Below are positions 25,990 to 35,700 of a DNA stretch of 64,000 nt, in pieces; position 1 is the stretch's first letter, and the number at the start of each line of letters is the position of its first letter. The DNA comes from Neodothiora populina. Lineage: Eukaryota. The notes under the pieces are model-generated. The model saw only the letters and a list, made by a program, of their open reading frames with translations. It made no database searches and was not told where the DNA came from. A program made the translations under genes and the position numbers. Location: contig NW_027191410.1 of the NCBI RefSeq assembly GCF_041146345.1, forward strand, positions 1,178,001-1,242,000. The letters run 5' to 3'.

Positions 25990-26600
25990 TATGGTATACA
26001 GTATTTTTGCAGCCGGCAGAATATTCGCTCGATGGATGTCGAGTCGCGAAGTTTCCTGTTCATACGATAGCAGAAATGCAGGAAATTCCTCAAATGGCAG
26101 GTCTCGACGCACGATTGCGCCTGCGATCTGTGCTTGCGAGAGCTGGTCCTCTCGGTTCATCTGTGACACTCTCTGACGACTGAACACCAGTATCACGAGA
26201 GTCTCCAGTCAGCTCACGCACGCAGAAGTAGGCGAGCCTCTACTGCTGAGATAGGTTCCAAATCGAGTCCTTCCGTGACTTGTACGTGGATCATCATCTT
26301 GGTTAGCGGATCCCGACTAGTTATAAGTATAGATCCGCATTCCGCCTCCGGGCAAAAGTCGCGTAGTATGTTATGATTGTCGGCATTGTCGAGGATCAGT
26401 GACCATGGCATAAAATCTTGCTACTGACCTTAACAAATCATAGTGCGTACAGGAATGTGTCTAACTGGTTGGAACCACCGAAGGACAACATCATTGCTGA
26501 CAATGAGGTCCGGAGCTTCACTCTCTAGACCTAAGACCAAAGATATCTGGGCAAACGACTGCGCTAGATTCTGTGTCGCTAGCCTGGGATATGAAAATAG
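25990..26600 (-). pseudogene. NB-ARC-type STAND NTPase (fungal NLR) central fragment
   Basis: LAQSFAQISLVLGL, Walker-B-like WSLILDNAD, GSILITSRD, LDLEP, AQIAGAIVRRDL; several stops and frame changes; no P-loop seen. Confidence 0.75.
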
Positions 26601-27339
26601 CTCCTACATATCTTTGTTTGCAGAGGCATGCCTTGCTTCGATCTATTGTTCTCATGCCGTCAGGAAATCTAGCGGCAGACTTCAGATCTCCAGAGGCAGC
26701 AGTAGTCCAAATTACACTGTGAAAACCCGAGAGGATTGTGCCCCGATTGAGATCGCCACCATGTCCTGAATCAGTTCAATCAAGCAAGCCATAGGATTCA
26801 CGAGTGATCTTACCAGAGGGGCCATATTCGAAGTAGTCTTAAATGACAGATTCTTTTGTCAATAAAGGAAAAGGTAATTTTAACAGACTGAGTTTCATGC
26901 GCACTGGGATCATCGATCTCTTATCATCATGCATAGTACGAAGGTAGTCCATGAATTGGAAAACAAGCCCGTTGACAAAGACTAAGATAAGGCAGGCATC
27001 CATCAGCTAATTGCAAAGCTATAACATCAGCACCCTCGCATACCTGCTTGCAGTACCTTGACTGAGGTACCTTCCTGGCGCAGTGGAATGCTTGCCCTGG
27101 ATACTGACCCATAACATGCTTACTCCTGCACCCTCGTCCCTGCATCACGAATGCATTAATCTTATTCGACTGTTGACAAGTACAAAGGTACCCAACCCAC
27201 ATCCCGCGTTGTTGCAGCTTTTGAAGTAGTTGCTGCCTGATACACATGCAAGGCCGGTAGTTTGCTTGTTGCTTTGTCAACAAGAGAAAGTCCCGTGACA
27301 CTGTTTCCAAACACTGCACCATTGCCATAACCTCCGGAA

Positions 27340-27963
27340 TGAGCGATTCAGTTGTTTGTTTGAGCAAGTACAACTTGTTAGTTCTTGGGATACGCTGCAA
27401 AAGGTGGTCTTCGACCATAGTCCGGATGCAACTCGAAAACCGATCCCATATGAAGTGTCCTTGATCAAACCAACCCTTGGCCACTTCCATCAATTCACCT
27501 CCATCTTCGAGTCACGATTGGCACCGGGCCTTGAAGCCAACTTCTTCTGGGGCATAATATACCTACTTTTAGAGGTGAATTGCGCGACCCTTTGAAATTT
27601 TTTCACAAAAACTAATCGCTTACTGCGCAATAGCTCACCACGCAAGATTCCCAAGCTCTCTCTAAGGTCCCAAGAATGATCAAATCACTTGGCTACAAAG
27701 CAGAGGCTTTCCACCGAATTTACTCTGCGTCATCCCAAGAAGATACAGATCAAGTCAAAGAGGTATGCTTTGACATCCACGTCCAGCTACTTGAGTTCTT
27801 CACAGCCGCGGTAAAATCCATGCGTGGCGGCGAAGGCGGAATAGAAAACTGTAAGCACTAGCAGATGGAAACCCTTTGCATCGTCCGCTGATAGCCTACA
27901 GATGAACGAGATACTCGCCACGAGCAGGAAGACCCATGGTCATTACTCCGTCGTGAGTTTTGA
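27340..27963 (+). pseudogene. N-terminal helical domain fragment of a fungal STAND/NLR protein
   Basis: FFWGIIYLLLE | intron | RMIKSLGYKAEAF...CFDIHVQLLEFFTAAVKSMR | intron | EDPWSLLRREF*; intact-looking introns, abrupt end. Confidence 0.55.
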
Positions 27964-27994
27964 AACTCAATCGAATGGTTAAACTTACTTTTGA

Positions 27995-28555
27995 GTGCCT
28001 CAAAGAATCACAAGTGAACTGTTACCCTCTATATACTATACAGACGAACCAAACCATGACATACCTTTGATCCACAGGGAGGTTTTGCTTACCTACCGCC
28101 TTATATTCGGCCAATCCTCACACTCCCGCGCACTCGCCTCGAAGCTCCTCGAGCCACATGAAATATCCTCTGGAGATATCGATCCGTTCCTCTCCACCAT
28201 CTGCACCCTCTCGACCAAACGACCCTACTTGTCCCGTTTGTCTAATAATTTTGCCATTCCGTCCGAACTATTCCCCGCCACTGTACTCGATCTCAACAAC
28301 TGCCTCAAATAATCTAACACATACTCTTCGCGACACGGCTTCCCACACTTCGGATCTCGGCTCTTAGTGTTGCAACAATACAGTTTAAGACAGCAGCCGA
28401 GCCGTGTCCGAGACCTATGGCGTGATCGGAGAAATCCACTTCAATGGTACACGTTCTGGACTGTGCTATGGGTAGGTGGGATTACAATTGTGTTGGGTAT
28501 CTTCCAGCTTGCTACAGGCATCTTACAGGCCTATTACTCTGCACCAGGTCTTTAA
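27995..28555 (+). pseudogene. C-terminal fragment of an uncharacterised fungal membrane-tailed protein
   Basis: REVLLTYRLIFGQ...DPFL...FPHFGSRLLVLQ...RDLWRDRRNPLQWYTFW + TM; in-frame TAA at 28310-28312; no 5' part. Confidence 0.7.
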
Positions 28556-29053
28556 TGTGGGAGTGTATGGAGATGCATTCTCGAAGTGGGCTGGGTTGCA
28601 ATGTGTACAGATAATTGCGCTAGCGCAAGCCAACAATAATATTATGCTGTAAGATGTGATAGCAGCTTTTTGCATGTGCTTGCCCTGCCGGTCATGCATC
28701 TCGCAGCTACTGTACATGTGAACGAGGCGGCGCGCTAGCAAGGAAATAATCAAGAGAACAGCGGGAAGTCCGATGAGCTCGAGTAGAGGCAGTCAATTTA
28801 TGATTAGTCTTGCGTCTGTTAAAAATTCCCTAGTCTATGGCAGTCTGCCTGTTCGTTTGTGTTCGCAATAGAGTGACAGGGACAATTGCTTGTTTTATGC
28901 GATGTCCTCCAGCCTTACTGCGGTTGGACAATCATGAGAGCTTTTCGCGATCGGGAGGCTATCAGTGCTTGGGAGTATGCAACATTCCGCCAATCTCAGG
29001 AAATGGCCTAGTGCTTCCGTGGAAATATGTGACTGATTCAAGCGAGCGTTACC

Positions 29054-30052
29054 TCAACGGAAAGCCACGCATCGAACTTCCACACTCTCCCTCGGCTGCT
29101 CCGTCGCGTCCGGGATGAATACTGAGCAATGGAATCCTTCTGCAGAGCTCCGTCAGTGTGGTCCTTGGTGGAAATCTGGCTAAAGAACTCACGAGCACGC
29201 CTGCCCAGGGAATCAGCATTGCGGAAGACGATCAAGTCCTCCACCGTCTGATCTTGCATGAAATACCACTTGTGCTTCTGGTTGTAATGCAAAATAGCAT
29301 TTTCATCAACCCTGTCGCGACGAATGGCATCGTTGAGACGAATGTCCTTCTCAGGATCGATCGTCGTCCAGTCGCACATCGCCAGTGGCCAGTCATTGTT
29401 GGGGCCTCGCAGGGGTCGCCAAACACTAATAGAGAAACGTTAGCATGCCACCAGTATTTACTGTAGTACGAATGAAGGTTAAAAGATACTTCAGAACATC
29501 GAAATCTTTGCCTTCCCAGAACTCTTGCTGGCCTGGAAACGCACGATCGAGGTTCATGCGCGCGCCTAGAGCTGAGCAGTCACTGTGAGGTCTTTGTGCT
29601 GGCTGCTCAACTTTGGTGTAGACTCTGATGTCCGTAGGAAAGTCAGGATCTCTCTTCCGCACCTAAATGAGATTCAGTTATGGCACGTTATTGGATGATA
29701 GTCCTACCGATCAACGCACTGTGCAGTCATAACAGTCGATCCTCGAGTACTGCGGAAATCGCTCGTGCAGCAAAGCCTCGATCTCATACCAGTAGTCCTT
29801 CTGCACTTCTCGCTTTCTTGTCAGTGCATCTCCAGCTGACAATCCCGTCTTCGCTTTCATGACGCAGAAACCGTGTGTCTCAAGGTCCCAATCCGCTGGG
29901 TCGGTGACAGGGAAAACTGTCACATTTCTCTCATCGTTGCGGTGGTTGCTGGCGATTGCACCTGCGATATGGTCGACTGGTACATCAGTATCAAAAGGTT
30001 TCTCCTTGTCGAAGACAGAGTCCCGGGCTAGATAGGAAATTGAAGTTTGCAT
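29054..30052 (-). CDS. AsaB/CmcJ-like hydroxylase-desaturase family protein; frameshift in last exon (possible pseudogene)
   Basis: Four exons with GT-AG introns (29719-29663, 29489-29426, ~29193-29143); motifs DLETHGF, HSD, NVWRPL, DWPLAMCD, FH, RESVEVR. The RESVEVR frame needs removal of one base near 29110. Confidence 0.8.
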
Positions 30053-31568
30053 GGTAAAACATGATATCGCATCAGGTGGTAAGTATAAGAGCTTTCCCGG
30101 GAGGAGAACTCAGATGTTATGGCATGTGGGGGTACCGGACAGACGTCCACCCCAGCCTGGTCAAGTTTGGATTATGAGACGTTTGCCTTGATTTTATAAA
30201 GCAGTAAGACTGGACTAGTCTTGATGCACAAGCATGTAGATTGATCACCTGTCACGTAGATGAACTATGAGCGCGATTCACAGAAGTAGAGGCTGAATTT
30301 ATGCAGACGACCCCACGAGAATCCCCAAAGATCCGCATATGAAGCCTTTGATACGTGTCAATGATATGATTCGCCTCGTTTTTACATCAGGATGGTAAGG
30401 ACAGGAGAAGAGGGGTAGGTGGCGGGATCATGCATATCTTCCTTATCTCGCGAGTGTGAGAATGACTGACCGACCTTTTGTACAACCAGCTGCAACGTCC
30501 GCATTTCTTGAACATCTTTTCTCTGCTCTTTTGTGCTCTCTTCATATCTTGACCCGAACCGGCCTTCTTAACCAAAATAACAAACGTTGATGATGTTTTC
30601 CCGACCCAATTTGATACAGCCTTGGCACAAATGGTACGCAGAGTTGAGAGCGACATCAGCACCCGGAGAAAGCAATCTCTCTAGCGTTGAAGATAATGAG
30701 ACGGCCAAGGGCATGGTCCTAGCTGGCAGCTCAGGCACTAGCCAACATGGCACGGTCGCTCTCAATCCAAGGACAGATGTGGAGTTCTCGAAGGAGAAGG
30801 TCAAGCCTACCAGGAAAGAGTCGAGTGGTTGAATGAGGTGAGTATGTGATCATGCAAGAGGGAAGAGGAGCTGACGCTGAGATATCGAGCAGGCATATCA
30901 AGATAAGAGCTCCTCATGACACGGACGTTCAGGGAGATCATTTGGGTTGGGTGTGCAGTGCGAGAATGTCAAGCAGTGGGAATAGGAGAATGACTAGAAT
31001 GTCCTGTCGTGGGCTGATATTTGGTAAAGAGGGTCAGGTTGTTTGGCATGATAACGTCGCTTAGATTCATGATGAAGCTAAATTGTATCCGGGACTTACA
31101 CATCAACTGTTTCGCGAAGGCGATGAGTAGAATCAGCTGTTCGGTGTTACGTCCTTAGTGAGAATTCGAAAGTATTTGACAGTATAGCTCCGCAGAGCCC
31201 GATCCCTTCAGGATTTCCTTGTAAGCTTTAACGTCGTCCTTTATACTAGACACTGCTGCTTATATCTCGATCTAGAACGACTAGGTGTTGGACATATATG
31301 ATAGTCCTAATTAACTAGTACCGTGTCTAGAAATTCTATACCCCCCCAACTTACGAGTGAAATTGAGGCCGGCGGCTTCATAACGAAGAATAAGCGATAG
31401 GTATCTTCCATCACCAGTGTATACACTTTCCCGCTTCGCAGAGACTATGCGCTTGGATATGATTTAGCAGTGCACCATCGAGCTCCGAAGTCCTGGGTGC
31501 TCCTCGACGCGGACCAGTATAGAGCAATCTTTGTAAGTATATGTCTTGTAACGCTGTGAAAATTTGGC

Positions 31569-31687
31569 ACATACGGCCATAGGCAGCTGAAAACTGGGCA
31601 TCCCGTCCGCTCTGCCAGACATAAGCAGTTGACCGGCTGATTAGTACTACGGTGGGTGACCACGTGGGAATCCCAGCTGCTGTATGT
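31569..31687 (+). rRNA. 5S rRNA gene (copy 2)
   Basis: 119 nt, 117/119 identical to copy 1; terminal helix ACATACGGC/GCTGTATGT; TATAT ~30 nt upstream; T-rich terminator. Confidence 0.97.
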
Positions 31688-32756
31688 TTCTATTTTGCTC
31701 CCTTCCTCATCTCTCTTTTTGCTATCCATTACTTTTGTATTGCCTCCTCGCTCTGAGCACTTGCGTGCAAACAAGTACTGATGCCCCTCGCTACTCAAGA
31801 CCAGACGCGTGGGTTTTGCGTTCCGTGGAGTATAAGTCCAATACTCCTAATGAACCCAAAAAGCCCAGGAGACGAAACTATGTCAGAATTCCTCCTGGAC
31901 ATATAGATATATCCAGACTCGGCCTTTTTCCTAGCTATCCATAACCCTGCCTTCATTGCATTTACCGTGCTGTATCTTACACTGCATCGCTACCCCGGGT
32001 ACCTACGTATGTCCTGTCGCCCTCCCGCTTGGCTCTATCTTTCTTGGCCTTGTATGTCCTGTCGTGCTTCTGATGTGTCCTGTTGCATTACTTTGCTGTG
32101 ACTCATGTATGCGGCTTTATTCTATCATGTCCCATATGCACTCTTCTGTGGTCCTTTCTTGCACTCTTCACTATTGCGCGAAGGAGAACAAGGAATGAAA
32201 TCCACTCTCTTCGTCCAATATTGAACCTGTTGTTCTCAATAACTATATTCCTGCGTGACGAGATGCAAGCTGGGTGGCTTTTGACGTGCCCTGTCTAGTA
32301 GCTTGTCGCTCTTGTGCCATTCTTTCCATCTTGGTCATGATTCTCCATCGAGGGTTGTAGTAGCAGGCACCTTGCCGTAGCACAACCTACGATGTCCGAC
32401 ATCTGACACCCAGATCATTGCTCAATCACGCATTACTTTTCTCTGGTCTAGAATGGCAAGCAGGGCAAACAGTTGCAATTATTCGTGTATCTGAATTGAA
32501 TCATCGTTTCCCTCTTACCTAATTTACTCACCCATCTGAGTACTCAATGACTCGAAACTTTGATCTTCTTCTTTTTTGAATTGTACATTGTTATAACTCC
32601 TCCATCCCCTCGATGTCCTCCTCACTGACTAGACATCCATCCTCTTCACGTTGACTTCACATGCTTGTATGGGAGCGTAGTGAAGATCAATTGAAGAGGG
32701 AAAGAAAAAGAAGCTCCACGCAGTGGCGCCGCCCGCGCAGGGCACACACCGCCCCC

Positions 32757-35700
32757 TCACTCCTCAGGCTGACCAGCCCTCATGGTGCTCACCACCTCCT
32801 GCACCTTTTCGTCTGTTCCGAATTGGACAGCCCACGTCTCCATTGTCTTCCCATCTCCTCCACCGGCGACAATCATCTTCACTCTCTTCCCCAACGGCGT
32901 GTAAGCATCCTTGACTGCCTTCTTGGGCAGCAAGGAGAAGCTGAACATGAGGCGGCCAGAGGGCGTCATGCGCATCGCGGACCAGACCTTACCTGATTCG
33001 CGATCGCGTAACAGTCTGAACATGCCGTAGCCTTTGCTCTGCCAGCCTGTTGAGCCGTCGGCCTTGGCGAACTGGAAGGCTTTGGCTTTAGACTCGAACA
33101 CCACCTCGTTGGCCTCGAGCTCCTCCGGTGTCAAGGCGGAGAGATCAGTGGATGGCGGCGTGTCCTTGACTTCGTCGCTGGGCTCGTTGGAGTCGGCGGC
33201 AGCACTGTTGTTTGCGCTATTTTTGTTCGCCAATGCTGCATCGTCTGTGCGGTTGCCACCCGTTGCGGGGGTAGAGTCGCGTGTGGATGTAGGGCTGTTG
33301 TTGCCACCAAACACCGAAGAACCGGCAGATGCCGGTGTGCCTGCGTTGTTGCCGTAGAGAGAAGGCTTTCCGGCCGGCGAGAATATGGATGCGTTCAGAC
33401 CCGAGGCAGCAGCGCTGGCAGGCTTGCTCGCATCTCCAAATACACTCTTCGAGGCAAAGCTGAATTTGGGAGCAGGCTTGTCGTGAATACTAGTCGCGGT
33501 AAACCCTCCAAATTGGGGTGGAGCCGTGGCGTTGCCAGCAGCAGTGGCTGCATCAGAGGCCGCCTTGGCCGGAGCTCCCGACGGAGTCGTCGTGCCATCA
33601 CCGACATCACCAGCTTTCGTGGTACCGAATTTGATCGGGGTGTTCTCTTGCCCCTTCCATGTGTTGTCGCCCGCTGGGGACGTCGTGCTGCTGTTATTGC
33701 TAGCACCGAATATGTTGCCTGAAGTAGATGCACCACCAAACTTGAATGGTGTGCTAGCAGCCGCAGGCTTGTCACCGCTCGAAGGCTTGCCGATGCGGTC
33801 GAAGAGGCTGGCACCTGGAGTCTTTGCGGGCGTCGCATCCTCGTCAGCGTCAGCGTCCGCATCCGACTCTTCTTCGTCGCCATTGTCATCTGTCGAATCT
33901 AGATGTCCGAAGATGTTACCTGAGGCCGAGCTGTTGGAAGAGAAGCTCGTGGCAGCTGGCTTATCGTTGCTCTGATTCACAGACCTGAATGTAAAACCAG
34001 ATGCCGGCTTGTCAGTGGTCTTGTCTCCACCAACATAGAACACACTGGCAGCGGCAGGCTTAGCCGTAGAATCACCGGCCGGCTTGAATGTGAAGCGAGT
34101 TCCGGCGGCAGCGTCAGCGAGAGCCTTGCGCTTCGCAGCTTGCTGTTCAGCATCCTTCCTCTCCCACTCTTCTTCGTCTTCGTCAGAGTCCATGTCTTCC
34201 AATTTGCGCTTCTCGCGCTCTTTCTTTTCTTCGTCTGCGGCGTTAGCACCAAATGCAGACATGAAGTTGGGACCAGCAGCTCCAGAGCCGAACTTGGGCG
34301 GCGCGGCAGTTCCGCTCGCGGCAGGCTTGATAGCCTCGAAGGTGGGTTTCTTCAGCGATGCGCTTGCGGCATCTTCAAGGAGCTTCCTGCGCTTGGCGGC
34401 TTGCTCTTCCGCGTCCTTCTTCTCCCATTCGGCTTCGTCCTCGTCGGAGTCATAGTCTTCGGCCTTGCGCTTCTCCTTTTCCTTCTTCTCTTCTTCCGCA
34501 GCGCGGGCGCCAAAAGCCGACATGAAGTCGGTGGTGCCAGCGCTACCGCTTCCAAACTTAGGCAAAGAGAGAGCTGGAGCAGCTGAAGAAGCCGAGGGTG
34601 TGCTGACCTTGAATGGGCCAGAGGTGGTGGTTGAAGCATTTGTGGAAGGCTTGAAACTGCTAGTGGCAGTCTTCGGGGTCTGTGCAGCCGCAGGGGGCGC
34701 CGGAGGAGGGTTGTTGACCTTAGTCAGTGTGGCAAATGGGTTAGCCTTTGGTGTTTCTGAAGGTGTAGCTGCAACCTTGGGTGCGGCTGGAGTAAAGCCT
34801 CCAAAAGATGGAGTAGCTGGCGTAGCAGCAGGCGCTTTGGCCTTCTCGGGGGTGTTCAAGATGTCGTTGAACAGAGACGCGGTCTGAGAAAAGGGCTTAT
34901 TTGGTGATGACGTTGACTTGGAAAAGTCGATGGTGCCCTTGCTACGTTTGCTGGGGTCGTCCTTGCTGATCTCGTCGTCGGCCTTTCTTTTGTTTGTAGA
35001 GTTCGAGGCTGGGGGCGCAGGTGCTTGTGCTTGAACAGTGCCGTTGGAAGGTGCGGCAGGAGTGGCGGCGGACTTTGTGACTGCGTCAGGGATCGCACCG
35101 AGACGTGCGTTGTTCATGATCTTGTTGTATTCATCATAGTAACTGCGTATGACGTGTCCCCAGTCCTCAGAAGGATCTAGAGTGGAGAGATGCAGTTTGA
35201 ATGCTTCGTTGAGCAAGCGGTTCTTTGGGATGAGTTCCTTTGCAGGGTATTTCTTCAGAGGCTCAATTTGAGCCTTGGGAGTCATTGGTTGCGTCTTCTG
35301 AGGAGACGACTGAGTGGCTGGTGTGGCTGGTGTGAACAGCGGTGCGGATGGCTTGGCGGGGGTAGCAGGAGGAGGAAGTGCAGCTGGTGCAGATGACTGA
35401 ACTGCAGGAGCAAAGGGTTTGGCTGCAGGCATAGCCTGCTGAGCAGAGAAAGGTTTCTCTGCGGGTGTAGGTGGTTGTGCAGAGGATGGTTTGAATAGAG
35501 GGGTAGCAGCCTGAGCAGAAGATGGTTTGAACGCAGGGGTAGCAGCCTGAGCAGAGAATGGGTCGCTGGCAGGCGTGGCTGATTGTCCAAACGACGCGAA
35601 AGGCTGAGCAGCGGGTGTGGCTGCGGAGGCAGATGGCTTGGGAGTCGAAGTGCCAAACATGGAGTTACCAAGTCCATTGGCAGCAGGTTTGGGAGTTGAA

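Noticed and set aside
30390..30830. Possible further gene remnant with an intron in the island
   Set aside because: Splice-like signals are present but no recognisable protein motif
24557..31568. Intact Starship or other transposon
   Set aside because: No tyrosine recombinase, transposase or RT ORF, no terminal repeats or target-site duplication seen, and both 5S genes are full length
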